Shown here: positions 31,560 to 43,701 of the stretch, one piece after another | How the letters are laid out: every line of letters begins with the position of its first letter | Numbering within the stretch: position 1 is the first letter of the stretch | Source: Octopus vulgaris | Lineage: Eukaryota | NCBI GenBank assembly: GCA_951406725.2 | Contig: OX597819.1 | Location: 42,408,001-42,472,000 of the forward strand | Length of the DNA stretch: 64,000 bases | Direction of reading: 5' to 3' | Made by a program: the position numbers and the translations under genes | Notes under the pieces: generated by a model | Told to the model about the DNA's origin: nothing | Databases searched by the model: none | Seen by the model: the letters and a program-made list of their open reading frames with translations, nothing else

Positions 31560-31975
31560 GGGAGCGGCTGTGTGGTAAGAAGCTTGCTTCCAAGCACATG
31601 GTCCCGGGTTCAGTTCCACTGCGTGGCTTGTTGGGCGAGTGTCTTCAGCTATAGCCACGGGCCGACCAAATACTTGTGAGTTGATTTGATAGGCGGAAAC
31701 TGAAAGAAGCCCGCCATATATATATATATATAAGTGTGTGTGTGCGTGCGTGTGTGTGTGTATGTATGTATATGTGTATATATATATATGTTTGTGTGTC
31801 TGTGCTTTCCCTCTCCACACCACCGCTTCACAACCGATGCAGTTCGGCAAAATAACCCGATGAAATAAGTACTAAGCTTACAAAGAATTAGTCCTGGGGG
31901 TTGATTTGTTTGACTAACGGCGGTGCTCTAGTATGGTCGCAGTCAAATGACGGAAACGAATAAAAGAATAAAAGA
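31560..31975 (+). mobile_element. SINE family B
   Basis: gcggctgtgtggtaag A-box, gggttcagttcc B-box, internal microsatellite, tail ggcggtgctctagtatggtcgcagtcaaatgac. Confidence 0.85.
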
Positions 31976-32001
31976 ATGGAGATGTCAACATGCGTATAGA
32001 T

Positions 32002-32032
<31 letters not shown>

Positions 32033-32064
32033 ACCTGTATATCCAAATAATAGATTCACAAATA

Positions 32065-32270
32065 ACCGTTTCTACTCTAGGCACAAGGCACAAAATTTTG
32101 GGGGAGGGGGCCAATCGATTAGATCGACCCAGTTCGCAACTGGTACTTAATTTATCGACCTCCAAAGGCAAAATCGACCTCGGCGGAATTTGAACTCAAA
32201 ACGTAAAGACAAACGATATACCACTAAGCAATTCGCCCGGCCTGCTAACTTTTCTACCAGATTGCCGCCT
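32065..32270 (-). mobile_element. SINE family A
   Basis: Reverse-complement match to head and core. Confidence 0.75.
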
Positions 32271-33089
32271 TATAAATTCACAAATAATACAAATAATAAT
32301 TGGTGCACTTGGTTTCGTGAGTAAATGCCGAAGTGACAAGCTGGATAAGCGAGGGTTTTCAGAAAAAGAAATCAACCAGTTAATACGCAGATTAGAAATG
32401 CATTCTGTAAGTGGAACAATAAAAATATGCAAGACATTTTTCAAGTTTAAAACACGAATTTGCTTTTATTGTCAACATTCCACCAATGAAGCTGTGTACG
32501 TTTGTTAGAAACCAGCTCCTTCTTTACAGGAAAGTAGGCGGAAACATACATACATGCATACAGACAGTCAGAAAGACAGACAGACTTGTTAACAATGTAG
32601 CCTGCAGTAAGAAATATCAGCAACCGCAGCCCATATTGAACTCCTCCCCACCCCACCGTCTCCCAAAAGACGCTCCACTAAACATATAACATGTGACATC
32701 TCTCTATTCCACCCCACGCATACAATGACCTCTGACCTTTATTCAAATGACGTCACACACATGCTGACATTGCCGATTTCTTATTGACGTTTAACCACGT
32801 GGAAATAGCGACTTGATTATATTTGGGGTGGTGTCGCTGATGGAGTAGGGCGTGTAACGGCGTGTTGAGGATGATGCTGGTGGTGGTGGTGAGGCGGCGG
32901 GGCAGTAGTATCGTGTTATAACAATGATGATGCATGAATGGGGGTGGTATGCTAGGAGTGGTAGAGTAGAGTGGTGAGTGTGTGATGTAGTGTTGTAGTG
33001 GTGGTGTAATGTTGTAGTGGCAGCTTGAGTGATGGTGGAGTGAAGGTGGATTGGGAGTGGAGTGATAGTGGAGTGAAGCTGGAGTGAAG

Positions 33090-33350
33090 CTATAGTGGCA
33101 ATGTAGTGTTGCAGTGGTGGTGTAGTGTTGCAGTGGCGGTGTAGTGTTGCAGTGACGGTGTAGTGTTGCAGTGGCGGTGTAGTGTTGCAGTGGCGGTGTA
33201 GTGTTGCTGTAGTGTTGTAGTGTTGCAGTGGTGGTGTAGTGTTGTAGTGTAGTGTTGTAGTGGCGGTGTAGTGTTGCAGTGACGGTGTAGTGTTGTAGTG
33301 CCTGTATAGTGTTGTAGTGGCGGTGGAGTGTTGTAGTGGCGGTGTAGCGT
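33090..33350. repeat. ~20-bp minisatellite (gtagtgttgcagtggcggt)
   Basis: Direct reading. Confidence 0.85.
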
Positions 33351-33679
33351 TGTGATGTGATAGAGGTGGTGTTGGGATTTAGTCTTGGTGGTGGCGGTGG
33401 TAGTAGTGTAGCAAAGCGGCAGAGTCATTTAAAATACCTTGTGGTAGTTATTTTGATTTTCTATGCTTTGAGTTCAAATTCGATCGAGGTTAATTATGCT
33501 TTTCATAATTTTGTGGTCGATAAATAAAATATCGGCCCAGGGTGATACACTGGAGGAATTACTAGAAGTCTTCTCGGGTACCTTGCGGTATTTGTTTAGC
33601 CCTTTGTGTTTTGTACTGGGTGGGCGAGGATGGCATTTATGGACGTTGGGTTTTGTTGTCCAACGATGATGTTGATGAT

Positions 33680-34130
33680 CATGGTGGAGTGGGGCTGGAG
33701 TGATGGTGGAGTGGTACTGGAGTGGTGGTGGATTGAGACTGGAGTGATGATGGATTGGGATTGAAGTGATGGTGGAGTGGGGCTGGAGCGAAGGTCGAGT
33801 GGGGCTTCATTGATGGTGGAATGGAGCTAGAGTGATGGTAGAGAGGGACTGGAGCGATTAGGAATGGGGCTGGAGTGATGATGGATTGGGTGGAGTGGTG
33901 GTGGATTGGTACTGGAGTGATGGGGGAGTGGAGATGGAGTGAAGGTGGAGTGGAACTTGAGTGATGATGTAGTGAGACCGAAGTGATGGTGGATTGGGAC
34001 TGAAGTGATGGTAGAGTGGGGCTGGAGTGATAGTGTATTGGGACTGGAGTGATGATGGATTGGGACCGGATTAATGGTGAAGTGGGGCTGGAGTGAAGGT
34101 GGATTGGGACTGGAATGATGGGGCTGGAGT
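33680..34130. repeat. degenerate ~22-bp minisatellite (ggagtgatggtggattgggact)
   Basis: Direct reading. Confidence 0.75.
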
Positions 34131-34672
34131 TGTCTAAGATAAGGCACTGACCGAATCGACTGGCTATTGATTACAGTACATTGTCGTATTTTGCTACATC
34201 CTTCTACGTTCTGTGTTCCAATCTTACCGATGTCAACTTGATCTTTCATTCCTCTGAGGTCGATAAAATAAACTAACACGAATATACTAAGGGCAATATT
34301 CTCAATGCGTGTATATTGTGTGTATATGTGAGAAGTCCATAAATATAAGAGGAAATGACTTTAGTTACTTTTCTGAATGTTCTGAGTTCAAATCCTGGTG
34401 AAGAATTTTCACCCTTCCATTGATGTCCAAATGAAGTACCAGTAATAAACTGTGATGCTTACGTCAGTCGACTGTACGACTACTTCATAAATGTGCCATG
34501 CTGGTAATAGTATAAATGCTTATTAAATACAATGTCATCACCGAATGCTGTATCCATGGGTTTGCATATGCCATGTTCCTGACAATGTCCTTTTAAGCCT
34601 TTCAAATGCCCCCTTTTTAAAAGCAGTATGAAGCGTCAACCGGATCTCAATTCATTATCATTAGAACGAGAA

Positions 34673-35251
34673 GGCAGCGAGTTGGCCCAGTCGTTAGCAC
34701 GCCGAGCGAAATGATTAGCAGTGTTTCGTCTGCCGCTACGTTCAGAGTTCAAACTTCGCCGAGGTCGATTTTGCCTTTCATCCTTTCGGGGTCGATTAAA
34801 TAAGTACCAGTTACGCACTGGGGTCGATATAATCGACTTAATCCGTTTGTCTGTCCTTGTTTGTCCTCTCTGTGTTTAGCCCCTTGTGGGTAATAAAGAA
34901 ATAGGTATTTCGTCTGCCGCTACGTTCTGAGTTCAAATTCCGCCGAGGTCGACTTTGCCCTTTATCCTTTCGGGGTCGATTAAATAAGTACCAGTTACGC
35001 ACTGGAGTCGATATAATCGACTTAATCCGTTTGTCTGTCCTTGTTTGTCCTCTCTGTGTTTAGCCCCTTGTGGGTAGTAAAGAAATAGGCATTTCGTCTG
35101 CCGCTTCGTTCTAAGTTCAAATTCTGCCGAGGTCGACTTTGTCTTTCATCCTTTCGAGGTCGATAAATTAAGAACAGTGAAATACTGGGGTCGATGTAAT
35201 CGACTGGCCCCCTCCCCAAGATTTCAGGCCTTTTGCCTATAGTAGAAAAGA
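34673..35251 (+). mobile_element. SINE family A trimer, TSD attatcattagaa
   Basis: One head then three tandem core copies; TSD both sides. Confidence 0.87.
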
Positions 35252-35349
35252 GATGATTATCATTAGAATGCACCCACGAGTCAACCTGCGCCCAGTATTT
35301 TCTTGAGATTGTTCAAATTGTAGGAAACTGTTTAACCATTATCCCTCTA

Positions 35350-36073
35350 CAGTAATCCCTTGACTATCGCGGGTCTTACGTTCCAAAACCTCCTGCGTAG
35401 GTGAAAATCCGCGAAGTAGAAGCAGTGCTGTATTGTATATATTTTTTATTATTGTTATAATTTCTATATATTTATTGCAAAACCACGGCACACTCTCGCC
35501 TCCCGAGTTTCGTTTTCCTTACAGTGTGTGCGATTCTGTTTACTCATCTACAGTACAATACGTATTTTCTTTTAATATATTCTAATTGTGTTATACAGTG
35601 CAGTACTATACTGTAGTTTTGTTCATCAACTTTTAGGCGTGAAGATGCTTATTTTACCACAGAAATAATTAAAATCTAAAAAACTATAAATACTTATCGG
35701 CCGCAGAAACCCGTGATATACTGAGGAGTCCGCAATATAAATTTACAAATAAGCCCTCGATAGAAAAAAGAAAGCTTTCCTGGTCGCGTTAACAAAGGGA
35801 TGTGGGTTCGTCTCCCACGCCGATAGAAAAATTTTTTTTCTGTCGAGGGCTTATATGCCTCTTCTTTACACTATTTTCCTTAGTTATTGCAAGGTGATCG
35901 CCATAAGCTTTAAGCTTATATAAAAATACCATTATTATTCTTATTTACAGGATTGTAAATCACAACGCCGTAATGAAAACACATTAGCACCGAAATTTAC
36001 ATACATTTGCCAGAAAAATCCTCGATGTACTGAGGGTGCGATAGGTGAACCGCGATATTGCGAGTGATTACTG
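35350..36073. mobile_element. pogo/Tigger-like MITE
   Basis: TA-flanked TIRs cagtaatcccttgactatcgcgg / ccgcgatattgcgagtgattactg. Confidence 0.8.
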
Positions 36074-36230
36074 TATAGCCCTGGGCTAATTGAGAGTATG
36101 CTTCTTTTAGCATGTCTAGGATGCTTAGATCGACTAATCGAGATACTTCTACATCATCCAAGATCCCCAAAGATACTTTGACGAACCCATTACTGAAATC
36201 AAAGACATCATAAAATATGACAGACTGCTT

Positions 36231-36457
36231 TATACAGCTGTATATTTAAGAGAGGAGGAATTATCTACATTATTTATATTCTTTACATTTGATGGATATT
36301 TGTCCTCATCTTGTTTGTTGTTAACACAACGTTTCGGCTGATATACCTTCCAGTCTTCATCAGGTGTCTTGGGGAAATTTTGAGCCTGGGTTCTCATTCC
36401 TAAGGTACATTTTCGATGTTGTTATTATTATCATTATTATTGTTATTGTTATTATTA

Positions 36458-36523
<66 letters not shown>

Positions 36524-36716
36524 ATCACTGCCTAGAATCGAACTCGGAATCTTGGGGTTAGTAGCCCGCACTCTTAACCACTATCCAGGTTCGAAATTTC
36601 CCTTAGGAATGAGAACCCAGGTTCAAAATTTCCCTAAGACACCTGGAGAGTACATCAGCCGAAACATTGTGTTAACAACAAACAAGACGAGGACAAATAT
36701 CCGTCAAATGTAAATA
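36231..36716 (-). mobile_element. non-autonomous Penelope-like fold-back element with tRNA-like head and hammerhead ribozyme
   Basis: TSD agactgctt (36222-36230, 36717-36725); inverted arms 36282-36405 / 36601-36714; tRNA-like 36524-36584; HHR 36323-36368. Confidence 0.75.
36323..36368 (-). ncRNA. type I hammerhead ribozyme (Penelope dimeric type)
   Basis: GACAC-CTGATGA-A-GACTG gaaggtatat CAGCC-GAAAC-GTT-GTGTT; stem I GACAC/GTGTT, palindromic ACGT stem III. Confidence 0.8.
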
Positions 36717-37024
36717 AGACTGCTTCATGCCCATCGTTTCACTACTCCTATGTCGGCATCGGTTATGGTGGTGGATGGTTTTTCTCGTTGGCTGTTGGCT
36801 GAAGATATGGTTACTCGGCTCCAGATCATCCTACATCCAGTAAATGTTTGGTTAAAGACATTCCAACAATAACTGTCCTATCTTATATTCAGACTTCTTG
36901 ATGAAGAGGAGATAACCGTATCGAAATGCATGCACCCAACAGTCTGGTTAGGGGGCGCTGTGAACTGATTTGGTGAACTTGCATCTATTTGCCTACGGCT
37001 AGATATTTTATCCACGACAAAACA

Positions 37025-37255
37025 TTGGGTTGGTGCATAATTATTGCGGCTTGTTTTGGAACAAATTTTATTCAACAAAAACATATTTAAATGACGGTCT
37101 GACCGTCTGCCAAGCAAATGGGAAGCAGTAATTGAAGTAGATCGTGAATATGCTCCGAAATAATCATTTGAAGATGTTTTTGTTACATGTTGTTATTTTT
37201 GTTGACTAAGATTTGTTGAAAAAAAAAAAGCCGCAATAATTATGCACCAACCCAA
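37025..37255. mobile_element. mariner-derived MITE
   Basis: TIRs ttgggttggtgcataattattgcggctt / aagccgcaataattatgcaccaacccaa; residual RLPSKWEAVI. Confidence 0.88.
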
Positions 37256-37935
37256 TAGAATCAATGGATTTCTTACGGGTTCTAATATAGTTCAAGCATA
37301 TTTAAACTGGTAACGAGTTTGTATTTAAGCATAGCATTGCTTAGCGCTGCCAATCCACATTCTAGGACTACAGTATCTGGCCATCACTACATATTCCATC
37401 ACCACTACAACCCGCACCAACACAGCACACACACACACACACACAGCGATTGCCATTAGCATTAGACACAACCATCTACACCATTATCAACATCACCACC
37501 ACAACCATAACAACCACCACCTACACCTACACCATAACCACCACCACCACCACCAAAACCATCACCACCAAAACCACAAGCAACAACACCATTGTCACAT
37601 GTAATCACACAACAGATGTTGTACTCAATAACATTCAAAAACCAACACATTGATGTTACATTGAGCTCAGGTTACACACACGCATTCAGTTCACCCTCAC
37701 ACACACACACATACATAGACATACACAAACACACACACACAGTCATACACACATAACAATTCACATCATCACACACATAGGCTCACACGCATTTTTACAC
37801 ATACTTCTCTGTTCACAAGCACATGTTCACTCACACGCATCAATATATTTCATTTTCACACACATTTCTACCCACAAACACACCAACACACTCTGCTCTT
37901 ACACACACACAAGCACACACACAAGCACACACACA

Positions 37936-37968
<33 letters not shown>

Positions 37969-39099
37969 CAATATAATTCACTGATACACGTTTCTTCTCC
38001 GATATTCTTTCGCAGTGTGTTGTATATGTAGACATTCCTAACAATATTACAAGCAACCAGCCAAGGACCACCACCACCAACAACAACAACAACCCCACCA
38101 CCACCGACAACAACAATGCCAAAAGCAACAACAAGAATTTCAGTAACACCAATATTTCCACCACCACCATCACCACCGCCACAGCAACAAACAATAAGAA
38201 CAACAACAACAAATGCAACAACAACAACAACAATAACAACAATGCCGAAGACTACAACAAGAATTTCAGCAACATCACCATTGCCTCCACCACTACCACC
38301 ACCATCCGCAACCACCATCCACAACCACCACCACCATCCACAACCACCACCACCATCCACAACCACCACCACCATCCACATCCACCACCACCATCTACAA
38401 TACCACCAACACCACATCCACCACCACCATCCGCAACCACCACCACCACATCCACCACCATCCACCACCGCCACCACCTTCACAAACACCACCTTCACAA
38501 ACACCACCTTCACAAACACCACCATCCTCAACTACCACTATCCACAACCATCACCACCATCCACAACAACCACCACCACCACATCCACCTCCACCACCAC
38601 CACCACCAACAACAACAACAATAACGACGATGACGACGGCAATAGTAGCAACAAGAAGAAGAAAGGCAAGTGAACAACAGGCAAGCAAGCAATAACAATT
38701 ACGGCAACAACAACCTCAACAACAAATAATGTCAGACTTGATTATTCCGCGACAATTATACAACTTAGTTTAATCTGAATGGACGGCTAAATCCATCTTG
38801 GTAATCGTACACTTGCCTTGTGTAATATGGTTCCTGGTTTGTCCTTGGGTACCTTATTACGGTTACATCAAAACATATCTGTTCGTTTTCCTTTTAATTG
38901 ATTTATTTTAATTTATTTTTTATGGAGTTTAGAGAAATCAGCGGTGATTGTGTTGGATGTAAAATGGCCACCTTTGTCATCGTGTTGACATGTCTGAGAG
39001 CATGTGTGGTCCTGTAATACTCGTGGGTACACACTCGATACCCTGCACGTAAAATATCGAGCACGGAAACTAGTGTTGCTGCCGGGCAAAAACAACGCA

Positions 39100-39570
39100 C
39101 GTGTGTGCGTGTGTATGTATGTATGCATGTATGTATGATGTATGTATGTATGTGTGTATGTACGTATGTATGTATGCATGTATGCATGTATGTATGCATG
39201 TATGCATGCATGCATGTATGTATGCATACATGTATGTATGTATGTATGTATGTATGTATGTATGTATGTATGTATGTATGTATGATGTATGTATGTGTGT
39301 ATGTACGTATGTATGTATGCATGTATGCATACATGTATGTATGTATGCATGCATGTATGTATGCATGCATGTATGTATGTATGCATGTATGTATGCATGT
39401 ATGTATGCATGTATGCATGCATGTATGTATGCATGCATGCATGCATGTATGTATGTATGCATTATGTATGCATGTATGTATGCATGCATGTATGTATGTA
39501 TGCATGTATGTATGCATGCATGTATGTATGCATGCATGTATGTATGCATGCATGTATGTATGCATGTCAT
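39100..39570. repeat. (ATGT/ATGC)n compound microsatellite
   Basis: Direct reading. Confidence 0.93.
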
Positions 39571-39803
39571 TCAGTTTATTTCAAGATTTCTTGCCAATAG
39601 AGAAAGAACCGGTTTCTAACCTAGATCCAAGGTTCCTTAGTTGGAATTTCAACATCAACAACAGGATATTTTTGTATGTATGTTTGTATGTATGTATGTA
39701 TGTATGTATGTATGTATGTATGTATGTATGTATGTATGTATGTATGTATGTATGTATGTATGTATGTATGTATGTATGTATTTATGTATTATTGTATGTA
39801 TGT

Positions 39804-40036
39804 ATTGCTATAAGCCTCCACGTGCTAAAAAAAATAGACGCCTAAAGACGCTATTACCACCTTTAAAAACTTACCTTAAGCTTGAAACAAGATCTTGTAC
39901 ACGGTTAACCAAAAGTTTAATTCATTATCTTTCTTTTGCCCAACTACAGCCCGTGTTTTACTTCCGGAGTTTTTAGGGTGGTAATAGCGTCTTTAGGCGT
40001 CTATTTTTCTAGCGCGTGGGGAGGTTTATAGTCAAT
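39804..40036. mobile_element. fold-back/MITE-like element with ~68-bp inverted arms
   Basis: aatagacgcctaaagacgctattaccacc / ggtggtaatagcgtctttaggcgtctatt. Confidence 0.7.
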
Positions 40037-40174
40037 CCCTTGTTATAATTATGTATATAATTATTAAAATATTTGTAAGGTTTTTATTTCCGCATTGACC
40101 CCTTAGTAAAATCATTAATGATTTTTATCCTTTATTATAATTAATATGCATGTACGTATGTATATATGTATGTA

Positions 40175-40205
<31 letters not shown>

Positions 40206-40760
40206 ATGTATGTATGTATGTATGTATGTATGTATGTATGTATGTATGTGAATGTATATAAATTTATAAGTTTCCTTTCCTCTTTTTTAGAGTTAATTTT
40301 GACCAGCCACCTGTCTGGTAGCAAGTAGAAGGAAAACATCTTCCGTTGTTCAGCATCCTTTAAATCTTAAGAAAATCTTGCAGATTTTTATTGCTCCAGA
40401 TATTGTGATCGTTTGTAGCGTGTGAATTAAGGATTTACAAATCTTACCATTCTTTGCAACTTGCAAGTTTTCATGTTTAACTTCCACCAATATTCTTTTG
40501 ACTCACCAGCCTTAGTATAGTCAATGCTTTCTGTTGATATTTCCTTATTCCCCACCCCACCTCTTAATCTGTTCCAGATTGTTCTGGCTTTCGTACCATG
40601 CCTTGTGGGAAGATATATCTATGAATATACGTAGCAAAAATTTAGATTCTGATGAATTATGCACTTAAGTTGAGGCACCAGAATTTAGAACGGTATTATC
40701 CATACAGTTTCAAAGTAAGGTGATTAAAATCAAATTAAGCAATAAGGATATCCAGAGGTA

Positions 40761-40848
40761 ATGCAGTACGATCGTTTCAAGCAACCCTATTTAATTGAAC
40801 AATGCAATCATTACATCAATTTAAACGCAGAGCAATCCTCAGCTGCAT
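40761..40848 (-). ncRNA. hammerhead ribozyme motif with long stem II
   Basis: ATGCAG-CTGAGGA-[~60 nt imperfect hairpin]-GAAAC-GATC-GTA-CTGCAT; 6-bp stem I, palindromic ACGATCGT. Confidence 0.75.
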
Positions 40849-41559
40849 AAAGACATAGAATTAAATTAGATTAAAACAGATGGACACATTAGTATAATTT
40901 TACCTAAAACCTCCAAGAAGGTAAGGAAATACACAAAGAACATGCTGTCTTCACTTCAGCTTCGAAGCTACTAAGGTATTAGGAAGAAAGACTTGTTAGA
41001 GATCTAGCTTCTCACTGCTTTTTGGGATCAGTTTTAATTTATAGTCTTGTTTATCAAATCTTTGTATATCAAAATCTAAGGCCAAGGAACAAGGAGCAGT
41101 GTCTATAAGGAAAGGAGCTGAGGGAGTAGACAGAAATCATAGTGGGTATAGCCATAAACTATCAAGATTAATTTGAAGCAATATAATGAGATTTGGTAAA
41201 GGAAGATCTTTAATCAAGATCTTAGTTATCAGATAAAGGGGCAAGACTAGTAAAACCAATGGTGATAATACAGGGAAATTTTATCATGGAGTACTATAGT
41301 TGAATGATTTAAACAATATTGCTATATTGTATAAAGTTAAAATTTAGGGTTATCAAGAAGATTATTAAGAAGAATATTATAACCAAAAAGGATAAAATTT
41401 TTGAATACTGTTGAGTATATACCAAAATTTGCTACAATGAATGTACGTATAACTTCAGTCTAGATCGTTCATCATGAAGAAAAGCAGTGTATGATACGAG
41501 GAGGGAATTCAAACAAAACCAAGAGATAAGTTTTGATGTTAATTTACCTGAGTATTCTG

Positions 41560-41830
41560 GCGCATAATTCGATTTCACATGTAACGATTGTGGTCATGTT
41601 TGTCGAAATAAGGCAAAAATTTAGAAATCAGCAGAGAATCCACAGAAACAGGAAAGTTACCAAGTACGCATTATATGGCATCTTTACTTATAGAGTTTGT
41701 GGCAAAACCGTGCTTATGATATATATTTATCCTTCGAATCCTATACACAATTTCTTTTGTATTTTTCCATTTTCGGTGGTGATCTTTCTCGTATATGTAA
41801 AGGATCTCCCAAATAAGCTTGCACTTCATT
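41560..41830 (+). pseudogene. Penelope-like GIY-YIG endonuclease remnant
   Basis: TCNDCG, QKFRNQQRIHRNR, VCG and IFPF resemble the CxxC..R...H..C..IFPF layout of PLE endonucleases; directly followed by an HHR. Confidence 0.5.
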
Positions 41831-41835
41831 TTAGA

Positions 41836-41917
41836 AGATCTGATGAAGCTGTAAGATGATGCACAAACACTCAGCTCTGACTGCGCAACATTTTGTAGCA
41901 GAAACAGCAGTAAGCTC
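41836..41917 (+). ncRNA. hammerhead ribozyme motif with long stem II
   Basis: CTGATGA-A-GCTGTAAGATG...CATTTTGTAGC-A-GAAACAGCAGTA (near-palindrome ACAGC[T]GT, GUA site). Confidence 0.72.
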
Positions 41918-42039
41918 ATGAAGTCCATTACATAATCCCCTCCTCCCTTCTCATTTATTTAATTTCAGATATATATGTGTATGAGTATGTGTGTATGCGT
42001 GTGTGTGTGTGTATGTGTATATGTGTGTGTGCGTGTGTG

Positions 42040-42245
42040 CCTTTGTTTGCATGTCTTGATCCCTTCACCACTTAACAACCGGTATCGGTTTTTTACGTTT
42101 CCATAACTTAGCGGTTTGACAAAAGTAATCGACAGAATAAGTACTAGACTTAAAAATATAGTATCGATGTCAATGTGTTAGACTAAGCTCTTCAAGTCAG
42201 TGCCCCAGCATGGCCGCAAACCAATGCATGAGATAAGTAAAAGGA
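42040..42245 (+). mobile_element. SINE family B 3' portion
   Basis: cataacttagcggttt...cagaataagtactag...gtgccccagcatggccgca. Confidence 0.65.
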
Positions 42246-43073
42246 CGTAATACACACACTCACGTACACATACACACACACACGTACACATACAAACATA
42301 TACATACACACGTATATATACACGTCTACACATATATATATGTCGAAACACATACATGGTTTGTTTTACGGTAAACACATTAATTTTTGTCAAGACATTC
42401 CATGAGAAATTTTGTATGAAGACGAACGTAGTATTTTCGGTTAATCATATGAAATGGAATGAGTTAGCGAAAATTAAGAAGTGCGCGTGTTTAATAAAGG
42501 GACGATATGACTCTATCGTAACACCAATAAGAAGAAAATACATTTAAAACAGCAGCGAGAATATTTCTATTTTATCACCTGTTTGTCTACCCCTGAGATA
42601 CAAATATCCCATTCTTCCTCCTCCTCCCCCCTCCTCTTCCTCGTCATCATCATCATCATCATCATCATCCTTACTACCACAAATCCCACAGCTACCACCG
42701 TCGCCAAAACCATCATCATAAGCATCGTTACCATCTCCTTAATCACCACCATCACCCACCACCACTATCATCATCACCTGTCTCTGCATCATCCTCATCC
42801 TCCTCCCTCATCTTCTCCCCTTCTCTTTCTCCCCTTCTCTTTCTCCCCTTCTCTTTCTCCCCTTCTCTTTCTCCCCTTCTCTTTCTCCCCTCCTCTTTCT
42901 TCCCTCTCCTCCTCCTCCTCCTCGTCTTTAGCTCTGTCTCCGGAAGTGTGACTTATAATGTCACTGACTTTTAACCCCTCAGACGAACAGTATTATATGA
43001 AGCATCCGGTATGAGATGACCTTTAGTACACATATACACGTATATATAGCACATATATAGTATATAATATATA

Positions 43074-43117
<44 letters not shown>

Positions 43118-43405
43118 ATTTCAACAATTGAGGGTAAAATTAATTAATTATTAATCAATTTCACCAAGTGTTCAGTATGCAAAGGGACCATTTAAGGCGA
43201 ATTCAAATTATTACATTATATAAAAGGGCTTAGTAAAATAAATTACTTTGCCGCATACTGAACTCATTAGAAATAGCAGCTAAAAAACTTTTTTAAAGCT
43301 ATTTCTAATACTTAAAGAAAATCTCTCTCATATATAGTGTTTGCTTAATTCAACTCACAAAAGTTTGGGGGTAAGGACATTAAAAAATCAAATGCTAAGG
43401 TTATT

Positions 43406-43457
43406 TGAGAACGTACGTTTCAAGATTAGTCAAAACAACACTTCTATCATCAGCTCA
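43406..43457 (-). ncRNA. hammerhead ribozyme motif
   Basis: TGAG-CTGATGA-tAGA...TCTt-GAAAC-GTAC-GTT-CTCA; stem I TGAG/CTCA, palindrome ACGTACGT. Confidence 0.72.
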
Positions 43458-43666
43458 GAAACTCCTTGGTTTGGATTTGGAAACACTGAAAGTAAGAACA
43501 TACCCTTTCGAAGATCCGCTCGTAACTAACAGTGCCAACAAACCCAAATAAGCAAGCGAAGAATTTCTGTTCTCCCCTTTCCACCAGCGTGGGTTAAAAT
43601 CATCAAACGCTATGCTTATTTCGGTAAAATCCGAAGCATTAATTATATATATATATATATATATTA

Positions 43667-43701
<35 letters not shown>

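Noticed and set aside
36524-36584. Bona fide tRNA gene (also 14273-14330 and SINE heads)
   Set aside because: Acceptor stem incomplete and embedded in repeats; treated as tRNA-derived heads.
38116-38673. Mucin/His-Pro-rich 185-aa ORF
   Set aside because: Made of (CCA)/(ACA) trinucleotide repeats, no splice or family evidence.
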